Source: Acidobacteriota bacterium
GTDB taxonomy: Bacteria > Acidobacteriota > UBA6911 > RPQK01 > JAJDTT01
Assembly: GCA_965209055.1 (NCBI GenBank)
Contig: OZ242374.1
Span: 2,816,001 to 2,880,000, forward strand
Reading direction: 5' to 3'
DNA length: 64,000 bases
Part shown: positions 47,397-57,711 of the stretch, piece after piece
Layout of the letters: each line of letters opens with the position of its first letter
Position numbering within the stretch: the first letter of the stretch is position 1
Notes under the pieces: model-generated
The model's database searches: none
Seen by the model: the letters and a program-made list of their open reading frames with translations, nothing else
What the model was told of the DNA's origin: nothing
Position numbers and translations under genes: made by a program

Positions 47397-48497
47397 ATGA
47401 AGATCACCGAGGTGAACGTTCAGTGCTATTCCTGGCCCCGGCCCCGGCCCATCAGCAACGGAAAGTACACCTATGCCACGGTGCGGCTGAATCTGGTCCA
47501 AGTGCATACCGATGAGGGGCTCTACGGTGTGGGTTGGGCAGGAGGTCCCGGCTTGTCGGCTCCCATGACCGTCGCGCTGGTGGAACATTTCAAGGAAGCC
47601 CTGATCGGAGAGGACCCGTTCAACTACCGCCGGATCTGGGAGAACATGTGGCTGCCCAAGGTGGTGGGCCGCCGGGGCCTGACCACCTGGATCATCAGCG
47701 CCGTGGACATCGCGCTCTGGGACCTGATGGGAAAGGCCCTCGGGATGCCGGTTCACAAGCTGCTGGGGGGTTTTTGCGACCGGATTCCCACCTACGTCGC
47801 CGGCGGTTACTACGAGGAGGGAAAGGGCCTCCGCGAGTTGGCCCGGGAAATGGAGGAGAACCTGGAGCTGGGCGCCCGGGCGGTGAAGATGAAGATCGGC
47901 GGCGTGGAGATCAACCAGGACGTGGAGCGGGTTCGGGTCGTGCGCGAGACCATCGGACCCGACGTGAAGTTGATGGTCGATGCCAACAACGCCTACGTGG
48001 CCTACCAGGCCGTCGAGATCGCCAGGAAGATGGAACCCTACGACGTCTTCTGGTTCGAGGAGCCGGTGGCGCCGGACGACTACGAGGGGCACGCCCGGGT
48101 CGCGCAAGCCTCCTCCATTCCGGTGGCCACGGGGGAGAACGAATACACCCGTTACGGCTTCCGCGACCTGATCCAGCACGGTTCGGCGTCCATACTCAAC
48201 GCCGACGCCCAGATCCTGGGCGGAATCACCGAGTTCATGAACGTGGCTTCTCTGGCAGCCGCCCACGACCTGCACATCGCCCCCCACGGGGCCCAGGAGG
48301 TGCACATCCACCTGGTGGCCGCCATTCCCAACGGCCTGATCCTGGAGTTCTACCGCGAGACGGTGAACCCGTTGCACGGGCAGATTTTCGAGGAATCGCT
48401 GACCCTGGACGAGGACGGTTGCGTGAGCGTTCCCCAGACCCCGGGACTGGGCATGGAGCCGAACTGGGAGGTGCTGGAACCGTACCGGGTGGCCTGA
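47397..48497 (+). CDS. Mandelate racemase/muconate lactonising enzyme family
   Basis: AAGGAG RBS; AVDIALWD, KMK, MVDAN, WFEEP, GEN. Confidence 0.9.
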   Translation: MKITEVNVQCYSWPRPRPISNGKYTYATVRLNLVQVHTDEGLYGVGWAGGPGLSAPMTVALVEHFKEALIGEDPFNYRRIWENMWLPKVVGRRGLTTWIISAVDIALWDLMGKALGMPVHKLLGGFCDRIPTYVAGGYYEEGKGLRELAREMEENLELGARAVKMKIGGVEINQDVERVRVVRETIGPDVKLMVDANNAYVAYQAVEIARKMEPYDVFWFEEPVAPDDYEGHARVAQASSIPVATGENEYTRYGFRDLIQHGSASILNADAQILGGITEFMNVASLAAAHDLHIAPHGAQEVHIHLVAAIPNGLILEFYRETVNPLHGQIFEESLTLDEDGCVSVPQTPGLGMEPNWEVLEPYRVA

Positions 48498-48536
48498 CGG
48501 CGGCGAGGGCCGGCGGCTACGGAAGCCGCACCGGGC

Positions 48537-49067
48537 CTACTTGGCGGGTGTCTTCATCCGGGTTTGCGTCGATCGCACATCCAGCAGCACTTTGCCGGTG
48601 CTGTCCTTCATGAGCACCGTCGATTCGTATTCCCCGTCGCCCATGAATCGATCCACGATCTCGCCCTTGAGGCCGGCGCCGAAGTCGACGTACTCCCAGG
48701 TCATGGTGGAGGAACGACCGTCCCAGGCGCCGATCCAGAAGCTGCTGGACCCGTCGGACGAGAAGACCCACTTGTGGTACTTGCCGCTCCCCGGCTCATA
48801 GCGCTGGAGTTCACGGTTCTCATACTCTCCCGTCCGGCTGGAAATCTCCTGGTGCCGGCCGTTCAGAATCCACTCGGCCTTCGCGGTTCCTGACATTTCT
48901 CCAGCCGTAGGGGACCATGCCGCCGGCTTGAATTCGACGTGGGACTTCCAGGACCCAAGCCATCGATCCAGGGCCTTGCCGCCCGCGGCCTCCATTGCCG
49001 GCCCTGAGGCGGTCGTGGACGCCGTCAACAACAAGATGACGGCCACCGTTGTCGATGTGGACTTCAT
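48537..49067 (-). CDS. Secreted hypothetical protein (DUF1579-like)
   Basis: Signal peptide; LDRWLGSW, EWILNGR. Confidence 0.6.
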   Translation of the reverse strand: MKSTSTTVAVILLLTASTTASGPAMEAAGGKALDRWLGSWKSHVEFKPAAWSPTAGEMSGTAKAEWILNGRHQEISSRTGEYENRELQRYEPGSGKYHKWVFSSDGSSSFWIGAWDGRSSTMTWEYVDFGAGLKGEIVDRFMGDGEYESTVLMKDSTGKVLLDVRSTQTRMKTPAK

Positions 49068-49079
49068 GTCTGTTCCTGT

Positions 49080-50786
49080 CTACTCCGTTTTCGGTTGGAA
49101 GGAGGCGAGGAATTGTCGCCCCGCACCCGGAGTCAGGCTTTGCCGAATGCGGGACTCGAAATCGGCCAGCGTCGCCATGGTCAGAAAGTAGGCCCCAACA
49201 CTCACGAGGACCGTCACGGCGACAACCGCCACGACGGAACGGAACACGAGGTACTGGATTCCGATGGCGACACTCAGAACCAAGAAGTAAACCATCATCA
49301 TCGCCACGGTGACGACCTGCCGAGCGGGCGGGGTCTTTTTTCCGAAGGGGATCCCGTCGATCAATCGGAGGCCGACAGCCAGATAAAGGGAGGCCACCGC
49401 GGTGCTGAAAGCAATGACCCACAGGGCATCCCTGACGCCCCAGGACCAGGTCAGCACGAGGAAGCAGACCAGGTTGGGAAAAAGTACCAGCAGGAGCCAG
49501 AGTCCCCCATGGATTCCCCTCGCGAACGGACGGAAAGACGAACCTGGAACGATGCCAAACGTCCAGACTGCCTTGTAGTCGTTGCCATACGCCAAGTAGA
49601 GGCAGGTGAAAAAAACCATCAAACCGATCAGATGGGGCAGAAAGTGAGTGTAGGCGAAGCCGGCGGCGAATGGAGTGGTTTCGGCGCCCACGACGAGCAG
49701 GCCGATGAGGCCGATGAACAGATACGGCGTATTCACGGCCATGTTCTTCCGGAATTGCCAGTCTCTCAAAGCCATCGAGCGCAGATACTCGTAACCGGCG
49801 CGGCCGGCCTGACCGCCGGCGAACCTGGCGATTCGTGGCCCCATCGACCATCCCCTCCGCACGCGCCTGCGCACCCGGGCTCCCGAGCGCATCAGACTCG
49901 AGACGCGGATCAAATGATCCACGGAGAGTGCCCGCAATCCTGGCACGACGGCGACGGTTACGAACGCAAAGACCGTCACCCCCAGCAGAGCCGGGAATCC
50001 CCCGGGAACCGCGTTGCCGATTCCGAACCAGGCTTCGGGCGGCTCGATGGAGATCAACCAACGCTCCAGGTTGTTCACGAGCACACCCGACGCACTCAAG
50101 AACTGAAGACCTGCCCCAATCAACATGGGTATGACTTGGACCATGGCCGCGGCCGCCTTGAGACGCCGGACGGGAATGAAGCGAACCAACCACCCGAAGA
50201 GGCTGCAGCAGAGGAACCCGACCACCAGTCCGACCCCGAGTGCCGCCAGAAGATGGAGGATGGGATAAACCAATGGCCGAAACCCTTCTCCGCTGGGACC
50301 GAGGAGGGGCACGAGCGCCGGCACGACGTTGACCCCTGCCACCACGTAGACCACGATCCTGATCAGATGGGTCAGCTTGGCGGCCAACCAGGTGGCGCCG
50401 TTGACCGGCTGATGAGCCAGAATCAGTCCCTCGACCGGGTTCACGAGTCCCTCGGCGATCTCGGGGATCAGCAACATGCTGAGTTGGAATGCGGTGAGCG
50501 CGAGAAAGGTCAGGAGGTAGACTCCGGCGTTGGCGCCAAACGCTGCCATCCCAACGCCTATTCCACCTGAGAGAAAGAACCAGATGATCGTGAAGGTGCG
50601 CATAGTGAAGGCGTCGGAACCCATCCGCGCCACTTCCTGCCGCTTGCCGAGCGTCTCGAACAGATCGACCAGGATCCAGTATCGGTGGGGCTCGATTCCG
50701 AATCGTCGCAGCAGCGCGGTGAACTCCGGGCCGTGGAAGAGCCGTTTGCTCAGCGAACGAAGCGCTTTCATGAGAAATGCCTTCAT
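49080..50786 (-). CDS. Polytopic membrane protein, putative ABC exporter permease
   Basis: Many TM segments; ATGA overlap with the ABC ATPase. Confidence 0.75.
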   Translation of the reverse strand: MKAFLMKALRSLSKRLFHGPEFTALLRRFGIEPHRYWILVDLFETLGKRQEVARMGSDAFTMRTFTIIWFFLSGGIGVGMAAFGANAGVYLLTFLALTAFQLSMLLIPEIAEGLVNPVEGLILAHQPVNGATWLAAKLTHLIRIVVYVVAGVNVVPALVPLLGPSGEGFRPLVYPILHLLAALGVGLVVGFLCCSLFGWLVRFIPVRRLKAAAAMVQVIPMLIGAGLQFLSASGVLVNNLERWLISIEPPEAWFGIGNAVPGGFPALLGVTVFAFVTVAVVPGLRALSVDHLIRVSSLMRSGARVRRRVRRGWSMGPRIARFAGGQAGRAGYEYLRSMALRDWQFRKNMAVNTPYLFIGLIGLLVVGAETTPFAAGFAYTHFLPHLIGLMVFFTCLYLAYGNDYKAVWTFGIVPGSSFRPFARGIHGGLWLLLVLFPNLVCFLVLTWSWGVRDALWVIAFSTAVASLYLAVGLRLIDGIPFGKKTPPARQVVTVAMMMVYFLVLSVAIGIQYLVFRSVVAVVAVTVLVSVGAYFLTMATLADFESRIRQSLTPGAGRQFLASFQPKTE

Positions 50787-51583
50787 GACCGGAGAGCCTC
50801 GATGATTTCCGAAACGCCGCTCACCGTCCCTTCCTCATCGGTCAGCTGGCGAAAAACGTCTTCGAGACGGCCCTTCCGGGTGGAAGCCTTCAGTGATTCC
50901 AGCGACCCGTCCGCGATGAGGCGGCCTTCGTGGATGATCAAGGCGCGGTCGCACACCCGCTCCACCACGTCCAGGACGTGCGAACTGTAGAGTACGGTCT
51001 TGCCCTCCGCGGCCAGGGCGGCGATGAGGTCCCGAACCATGAGTCCGGCGTTGACGTCCAAGCCGGAGAGGGGTTCGTCCAGCATCAAAACGTCGGGATT
51101 GTGAAGGAGGGCCGCGCTCAGGAGCACCTTCTGGCGCATCCCCTTGGAGTAGCCGTCCAGACGCCGGAGGCGGACTCCGGCCAAGTCGAATTGCTCGAGG
51201 AATCGGGCGATTCGGAATTGAAGCAGCTCTTCCGGCACTTCCTGCAGGCGGCCCATGAGCTCCAGGAATTCCTGTCCCGACAGGCTTTCGAAAAGCGCCG
51301 CGGCTTCGGGTACGTATCCGATCCGTTTCTTGGCCTCCACAACCTCGCCCGGCATGGAATAACCGGCGACGCGAACCGATCCTTCGTCCGGTGGCAGGAT
51401 CCCGGTCAGGACCTTGATGGTCGTGCTCTTCCCCGCGCCGTTGGGTCCCAGCAGCCCCACCACGTCGCCTTTGCCCAGGGCGAACGATAACCCGTGCAGC
51501 ACCCGGTTGCTCCCGTAGCTGAACGTCAGATTGTCTACGGAGACGGTCAACTGATGGTCAGGGGGGAGATCTGTTTGATCCAT
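50783..51583 (-). CDS. ABC transporter ATP-binding protein
   Basis: GPNGAGKST, YSKGM, LDEP, SSH. Confidence 0.92.
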   Translation of the reverse strand: MDQTDLPPDHQLTVSVDNLTFSYGSNRVLHGLSFALGKGDVVGLLGPNGAGKSTTIKVLTGILPPDEGSVRVAGYSMPGEVVEAKKRIGYVPEAAALFESLSGQEFLELMGRLQEVPEELLQFRIARFLEQFDLAGVRLRRLDGYSKGMRQKVLLSAALLHNPDVLMLDEPLSGLDVNAGLMVRDLIAALAAEGKTVLYSSHVLDVVERVCDRALIIHEGRLIADGSLESLKASTRKGRLEDVFRQLTDEEGTVSGVSEIIEALRS

Positions 51584-51770
51584 GACATTCGCGAGCCCGA
51601 GTTTCTCATCTCGGAGCGCGATGATCGGGGAGGATTTTCGCGTTCAGTTCTTGTCGAAGCCCGCCACAAGTCCGACAACCCGAGATCCAAGTCATGGCCC
51701 ACACGATTCAGCTATTCGGGCAAGTCCGGAATGGCGACCCTTGGTGGTGTCCGAGTCCAGATACTCTCAG

Positions 51771-53378
51771 CTACTGAATCAGTCCCTTCGACCGGCCATC
51801 TATTTCATTCATCATGCTTCGGCAAATCTGGTCGATCGTCGGCTCCATTGCTGTGGATTGGCCTTCGAGTTCCGAATATGCGATCCGTTGGCCTATTGCC
51901 GCGGAGCCTGCTCTGTTGGTCGATATCTCAAACAGGAATCCTTCGGAGCCCAGTTTCCAGGTCACGGATCGTGTCAAGTCGAAACGGGTGTCCCCGGTTC
52001 CCGTATATTCCTGGAAGTGATATTCTCGCTTGAGCGTGATTCCCTGCTCATTGCTGAGGCTGAAGCCTGGGATCACGATGTGCGACTGCTTGGTGTTTTC
52101 CCAATTCTTCCTCTCGAACAGATTGCTGTATTGAACCGTGTGCGATCCCTGTGACAGGAATGAATACGCGTAATACCGCCTAAACAGCGGGGAAAAGGAT
52201 TCAAATCGACTGTCCAACGTTTGAATGACTGGATTCACGTGCATCAGAAAAACGTCATCGAGAATGTCGAGATCGGACTTGTTCGGGTCGGGCCCCTTTT
52301 TTTTTCGCACAAAGATGCCGATTTCCTTGACCATGTCATCGGGTTCGCGGATCGATTTCCCCTTCGCGGCTCGAACGGCAAGATCAAGAGACCTCCGAAG
52401 GTTTTGCAGCATGAAGTGGGCGAGCGGTAGCGGTCGACCCACATCGGCGTTTTGAAGTCCACCAATGTAGTGGTCTCTTTCTCCGCTTCTAATGACGATG
52501 GGTGGAAGGTCTCTCCGAAGCAGTGCGTAGTTGGCGAGCAACCGCGCCGTGCGCCCATTGCCGTCGTCAAATGGATGAATCCGCAAGAAGCGCCAGTGTG
52601 ATGCGGCGAGGAACATGGGCAATGGGTACGCGCGCCGCGCCAGGTCCCGGTGGAAATTACGGGTCCATTCGGCCATCCGGGCGGACGTGTCCTCAGGTTC
52701 CGCGAATCGATGGAGTTCACCTGTGGCGGTTCGGACATGGTTTGGTTGTGTCTTGTATTGACCCGGAACAATGCGCTTTCGCGTCGGCTGGCCGTCCGGT
52801 GTTTCAGCCGTTTGCCAGAACGGCTCCTTGAGCAGAATCTGGTTCAGATCCCGTATATCCCCCTCGCCCAGAAGCCGCTCCCCTTGTGCGAGTCGCCGGG
52901 TGTGGTCGATGGCCACGTCGTGCGCTTTCATCTCCTCGTAGTCCCGTAACGGGTGTCCTCCAGCCGTGCGGCCGAACATGAGTAGCAATTCAGTTTCGTG
53001 ATAGGTGAGGGTGTTCCCCTCGATATGGTTGCTGTTGTAGTTCCATTCGAGCCTCAGCTTCTTCCAGAGACGTTCTTCATCTGTTGATTTCATCTCGTGG
53101 CGCCGGTCGTGCCAATTCGAAATCCGCGCCTCCAGATCCGTGAGGCGTTGGAAGAAATGAACGTGCTCCACGGTGAGTCGTGGGATATCGATGCCGAGCG
53201 AGTGGGATTCCGCGATCCACCGGGCCATGCGCTTTCTTGTTTCGGCGTCAGACGAAAGTGCCGAGTGTGCACCCGCGTCCAGGATGTACCGTCCAAGTTT
53301 CGCCTGCTCGACGATGACCTCGTCATTGGACTCAACGATCTCTGCAATTTCTCCTGAAATTGGACAGACACGCTTCAT
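51771..53378 (-). CDS. Fic-domain protein with N- and C-terminal extensions
   Basis: HPFDDGNGRTAR; inhibitory-type SNHIEGN. Confidence 0.88.
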   Translation of the reverse strand: MKRVCPISGEIAEIVESNDEVIVEQAKLGRYILDAGAHSALSSDAETRKRMARWIAESHSLGIDIPRLTVEHVHFFQRLTDLEARISNWHDRRHEMKSTDEERLWKKLRLEWNYNSNHIEGNTLTYHETELLLMFGRTAGGHPLRDYEEMKAHDVAIDHTRRLAQGERLLGEGDIRDLNQILLKEPFWQTAETPDGQPTRKRIVPGQYKTQPNHVRTATGELHRFAEPEDTSARMAEWTRNFHRDLARRAYPLPMFLAASHWRFLRIHPFDDGNGRTARLLANYALLRRDLPPIVIRSGERDHYIGGLQNADVGRPLPLAHFMLQNLRRSLDLAVRAAKGKSIREPDDMVKEIGIFVRKKKGPDPNKSDLDILDDVFLMHVNPVIQTLDSRFESFSPLFRRYYAYSFLSQGSHTVQYSNLFERKNWENTKQSHIVIPGFSLSNEQGITLKREYHFQEYTGTGDTRFDLTRSVTWKLGSEGFLFEISTNRAGSAAIGQRIAYSELEGQSTAMEPTIDQICRSMMNEIDGRSKGLIQ

Positions 53379-53562
53379 CGCATTAGCTCCCGGCCCTGAC
53401 TTGGATGAGGTGGAGCGTTGTCCGGAGACCCAAATCAATCACCTGTCCGGAGAGTTCTGCCTCCAATATAGCAAGCCCGGTCTCGTGGAGGACGCTTGTG
53501 CGCCGGTAGCGTTCAGTGCGTCGGAGCTGTCGGGACCGCTGCCATTTCCGGGAACCGCCGGA

Positions 53563-54411
53563 CTAGTATCGGCACGTATCCGGCTCGGACTTGACGTAGT
53601 AGCTCTTGTAGTTCGAGGCGTCCGGATCCATGCATCCGGCCAGGTTCAGCAGCTCGACCTTGCGGAACTCGATGGGGTGGCTCTCGCTCTGCAATGAGAT
53701 GTAGCCGCTCTCGAGCAGTTCGCCGTCCCGCTTGAATGCCGGATCGTGACCGTCGACGTTCCCGCCGCCGATCTGCGGCATTTCGTATTCCAGCACGACC
53801 TCCCCTTCGGCGATGTGACGGATCACGGCGCTGCCCAGCACCATCACCTCAGCCCGGACCCATTGGTCTCCGTGATAGGTCTTCGACCGGGACTTGATGC
53901 AGTGCCTCGTGTCGAGTTTTCCGTTGACCACCACGTTCGTCCCGGGCGTGCAGAGGTTCATGGTGGTTCGTTCCCGTTCGCCGTCTCCACCGAGCAGTTG
54001 GACCTCGATGGAGATGGGGAAGTCCTGGTCGCGGCCCATGGTCTCCGGCGCCGGCGAGTGCATCATGATGCCGCTGTTGCGAAGGGCCCATTCCGGACCG
54101 CCCTTTGCCTGTTGGCCCACAAACCGGTATTCCACGACGAGAATGTAGTAGGAGAACGGACGCTCGTAGAAGATGTGGCCGAATCGTGCGTCAAAGGGAC
54201 CTTCGTACGCCTCGTAGCCGACCTGCATCACCCCGTCCGTGACACGGAAGGTGTTTCCGATATTGACTCCCGTCTCGTGGCCGCGAACCTTGGGGACCCA
54301 GCCGTCCAGGTTCCTGCCGTTGAAGAGTTGGATCCAATCCTCCTTTTCGCGCGCCTGGACCCCCACAGTCAAAGCCGTCAGCAGGAAAAAACAGCCGAGT
54401 CTCCACCGCAC
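53563..54411 (-). CDS. DUF1080 (3-keto-disaccharide hydrolase-like) secreted protein (start uncertain)
   Basis: LFNGRNLDGW, NSGI, EVQL, GYISLQSE; GTG 54411 gives a clean signal peptide. Confidence 0.85.
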   Translation of the reverse strand: MRWRLGCFFLLTALTVGVQAREKEDWIQLFNGRNLDGWVPKVRGHETGVNIGNTFRVTDGVMQVGYEAYEGPFDARFGHIFYERPFSYYILVVEYRFVGQQAKGGPEWALRNSGIMMHSPAPETMGRDQDFPISIEVQLLGGDGERERTTMNLCTPGTNVVVNGKLDTRHCIKSRSKTYHGDQWVRAEVMVLGSAVIRHIAEGEVVLEYEMPQIGGGNVDGHDPAFKRDGELLESGYISLQSESHPIEFRKVELLNLAGCMDPDASNYKSYYVKSEPDTCRY

Positions 54412-54436
54412 CTTAGGGCCGAGTATAGTCGCAAAT

Positions 54437-54661
54437 GCACTCGCCATTACACGAGATGATCCGGGTCCGGACGAGCCAGGATGGCGAAACATGAGCAGGG
54501 TGGGCCCAGTGGTGTTGATCGTGGTTCATACTTGCCCGGGAGTCGATTACGAGAGCGGGGAGCAGTTCGGAAGCATCATCAGCGCCCGCAAGGCGTCGAG
54601 ACGGGAGAGAGCCGCTTATGAAGAAGGGGAGCACCAGGTTGGCCAACCATCGCAACGCTGA
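54437..54661 (+). pseudogene. brnT: BrnT toxin remnant (C-terminal half)
   Basis: VLIVVHT...IISARKASRRERAAYEEG; N-terminus not found. Confidence 0.65.
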
Positions 54662-54842
54662 GCTTTCGGCACTCGAAGAGTTGCCCGATGATCGGATCGA
54701 TACCGCGGACGTTCCCGAGCTTCTCGATTGGTCGGAGGCCAGGCGGGGCGCGTTCTACAGGCCCGCAAAACAGCAGATCAGACCCCATGACGGCCAAGAC
54801 TCGTGCCCCATCAGCATTGCCGGTGACGATACCTGTGACTGA
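54618..54842 (+). pseudogene. brnA: BrnA antitoxin remnant
   Basis: LPDDRIDTADVPELLDWSEARRGAFYRPAKQQI; expected TLRLDADV-type RHH part missing after 54779. Confidence 0.7.
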
Positions 54843-55016
54843 TTCCTCCACCTCCCGGGTCAGCCCGTCGAGAATGTCACTGCAGGCAGTCAAATGACTC
54901 CTTGCGGCATCGAATATGCCGCGATCCGACTCACCTCTGGGCTTGAAGGACTGGGCTAAACGCGGGGGTTCGCGTGTTCCGTTCGGGAGAGACTCCCGGT
55001 GACGGCCAACACGCAA

Positions 55017-55205
55017 CTAACCCGCGCCACCGCTTCTGTTCCTTTTGAGTCTCGACAGAAGCAGGGTTCCCAACCCCAGCAGGATCTCGTCGGCGAAGGG
55101 GACGAGATCGGGGATCAGCACGTCCAGAAAGAAGACGGCGGCCGTGAGCAGGAACAGGTAGGGGAATCGAAGCTGGGAGAGAAAATCGGAGATTGTAGAA
55201 GGCAT
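55017..55205 (-). CDS. Small membrane protein (DUF6116-like)
   Basis: LRFPYLF...IPDLVPFADEILL. Confidence 0.65.
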   Translation of the reverse strand: MPSTISDFLSQLRFPYLFLLTAAVFFLDVLIPDLVPFADEILLGLGTLLLSRLKRNRSGGAG

Positions 55206-55353
55206 GGCGGCGCTGCTCCGGGACGCAGTCAGTCTAGCAGATCGAATCGGCTCGACCCGCTGTCCTCGCCGGCCCGCGCCGATTGAGTTTCAGTTCGGGA
55301 CAAGTGTATTCTGCCGCCGTTTTCACTCACTGAAAACCGTAAGGAGAACAATC

Positions 55354-56151
55354 ATGCGATTGCAGGATCGGGTCGCCGTGGTGACGGGCGGCGGGGGCGG
55401 CATCGGCTCCGGGATCTGCCTGGCGCTGGCTCGCGACGGGGCCGACGTGGTGGTTTCGGACATCGACGTGGAAGCGGCGGAACGCTGCGCCGCGCAGGTG
55501 CGGGAGCTGGGGCGCGGGTCCCTGGTCGTCCGGGCGGACGTCACCCTCACACAGGATTGCCTCGGCCTGGTGGAAGCCGGACGGAAGGCGTTCGGCAAGA
55601 TCGACATCCTGGTCAACAACGCCGGGCTCTTCGGAAGGCGGATCGGCATGCCCTTCACGAACCAGGTGGAAGAGGACTGGGACAACTGCTACCGGGTCAA
55701 CGTCAAGGGGCCGTTCCTGCTCTCCAAGGCGGTGGCGCCGCACATGATGGAGCGCCGGTACGGCAAGATCATCAACATTTCTTCCATTGCCGCCCGGCGG
55801 GATGCCCAGATCCTGCCGGATTACACCGCCGCCAAGAACGCCGTGCTGAGCCTGACCCGGGTCACGGCCAAGGATCTGGCCCCCTACAACGTCAACGTGA
55901 ACGCAATCTGCCCGGGCATGATCTGGTCCCCGTTCTGGCACCGGTTGGCTCCCATGATCGGTGCGCACCCCGATTTCGACGTCGAGGATCCTCGCCAGAT
56001 GTTCGAGCAATGGGTCAAGAGCGCCACTCCCATGCAGCGGGAGCAGACCCCCGAAGACATCGGTCACCTGGCGGCCTTCCTGGCCTCCGACGAGGCCCGC
56101 AACATCACGGGTCAGACCATCTGCGTGGACGGCGGCGCGGCCATGGGATAA
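55354..56151 (+). CDS. Short-chain dehydrogenase/reductase
   Basis: AAGGAG RBS; TGGGGGIG, NNAG, YTAAK. Confidence 0.92.
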   Translation: MRLQDRVAVVTGGGGGIGSGICLALARDGADVVVSDIDVEAAERCAAQVRELGRGSLVVRADVTLTQDCLGLVEAGRKAFGKIDILVNNAGLFGRRIGMPFTNQVEEDWDNCYRVNVKGPFLLSKAVAPHMMERRYGKIINISSIAARRDAQILPDYTAAKNAVLSLTRVTAKDLAPYNVNVNAICPGMIWSPFWHRLAPMIGAHPDFDVEDPRQMFEQWVKSATPMQREQTPEDIGHLAAFLASDEARNITGQTICVDGGAAMG

Positions 56152-56224
56152 TGGCCCCGCCGGTCCGGAACCGGCGGAGTCTCCCGCACTTGCATCGGTG
56201 GGAATGGGGATAAGGGAAAAAACG

Positions 56225-57673
56225 ATGGCTATGGACCATGAACTGGCGTATCAACCCCTCAGTCGGCTCCGGGAACTCATCGCGTCCAGGGATCTGTCGC
56301 CGGTGGAGCTGGTGGAGGCCACGCTGGAGAGGATCGACCATTACAACTCCAGGCTGGGGGCCTTCATCACCGTCACCCACGATCTGGCGCTGGAGCAGGC
56401 GCGGGAAGCGGAGGCGGCGGTCCTGGCGGGCGAGCCTCTGGGACCTCTGCACGGTATTCCCGTGCCCATCAAGGATCTGGAGGGCGTCAAGGGGGTCCGC
56501 TTCACCCACGGCTCGGTTCCGGCCGATGAGGTCGCCGCCAGCGACGCCCTCTGCGTGGAGCGGGTGAAGGACGCCGGCGGGATCATCATCGGCAAGACCA
56601 ATACCCCCGAGTTCGGCTTCTCCGGCACCACCGAGAATCTGATCTACGGTCCCTGCCGGAATCCCTGGAACCCCGAGAGGACGTCCGGAGGGTCCAGCGG
56701 CGGTGCGGGCGCCGCGGTGGCAGCCGGGCTCACCGCGGTGGCGCAAGGCAGCGACGGAGGCGGGAGCATCCGAATCCCCTCTTGCCTGAACGGAATCTAC
56801 GGCCTCAAGGCCACCCAGGGCCGCATCCCGCGCCGCCACGCGGACATGAGTTCCTGGAATCCCATCAACAACTCCTCGGTCGGTCCCATGACCCGGACCG
56901 TCCGGGACGCCGCCATTCTCGCAACCGCCCTGGCCGGACCCGCCCCGGACGCCGAGTACGGGACCATCCCGGAGGAGCCTCCCGACTTCGAGGCGGCGGT
57001 GGGCCGGGGAGTTCGCGGTCTGAGAGTCGGGTTCAATCTGGATCTGGGGGGAGCCGTCGTGGACCCCCAAGTCGCGGAGCGTGTCGTGAGCGCGGTGCTG
57101 GTGTTCGTCGAGTTGGGCGCCCGGGTGGAGGAGGTCACCTTCGGCCCGGAACACAATGAGGTGATGTTTCAGGATTTCTTCGACTACTTCGCGGCCAAGG
57201 GCTACGCCTGCCTCGGACAGTTCCTGGACGATCACAAGTCCCGGGAACAGCTCACCGACTATTTCAGGGAGACTCTGGAGCATGGCCGCAGCCTGTCGGC
57301 GGCGGACTGCTACCGCTCGCTCAACAAGATCGGGTTCTATCGGGCCGAGACGGCCCGTTTCTTCGGCGACTATGACCTCCTGCTGACCCCCGTGACCTCG
57401 GTGTGGGCGTTTCCCATCGGACGGCCTCCCGAAGTGGTTGCGGGCCGCCGGCTCTCCAGGCCGGCCTGGCGATTCTTTCCCTTCACCTTTCCGTTCAATG
57501 TGACGGAGAATCCGGCGGCCAGCGTCCCCTGCGGTTTCTCCGACGACGGACTGCCCATCGGGCTGCAGATCGTGGGCCGTTGGGGCGACGAGGAGACGGT
57601 GCTGGCCGCGTCCGCGGCTTTCGAGGAAGCGCGGCCCTGGGCCGACAGGCGTCCCCCCGAATTCGACGATTGA
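56225..57673 (+). CDS. Amidase signature family protein
   Basis: IKDL, GKTNTPEF, GGSSGG, GSDGGGSIRIP. Confidence 0.9.
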   Translation: MAMDHELAYQPLSRLRELIASRDLSPVELVEATLERIDHYNSRLGAFITVTHDLALEQAREAEAAVLAGEPLGPLHGIPVPIKDLEGVKGVRFTHGSVPADEVAASDALCVERVKDAGGIIIGKTNTPEFGFSGTTENLIYGPCRNPWNPERTSGGSSGGAGAAVAAGLTAVAQGSDGGGSIRIPSCLNGIYGLKATQGRIPRRHADMSSWNPINNSSVGPMTRTVRDAAILATALAGPAPDAEYGTIPEEPPDFEAAVGRGVRGLRVGFNLDLGGAVVDPQVAERVVSAVLVFVELGARVEEVTFGPEHNEVMFQDFFDYFAAKGYACLGQFLDDHKSREQLTDYFRETLEHGRSLSAADCYRSLNKIGFYRAETARFFGDYDLLLTPVTSVWAFPIGRPPEVVAGRRLSRPAWRFFPFTFPFNVTENPAASVPCGFSDDGLPIGLQIVGRWGDEETVLAASAAFEEARPWADRRPPEFDD

Positions 57674-57711
57674 CATCCGGATTTCATCATTCATCAAGGG
57701 AGTGAAACCCA

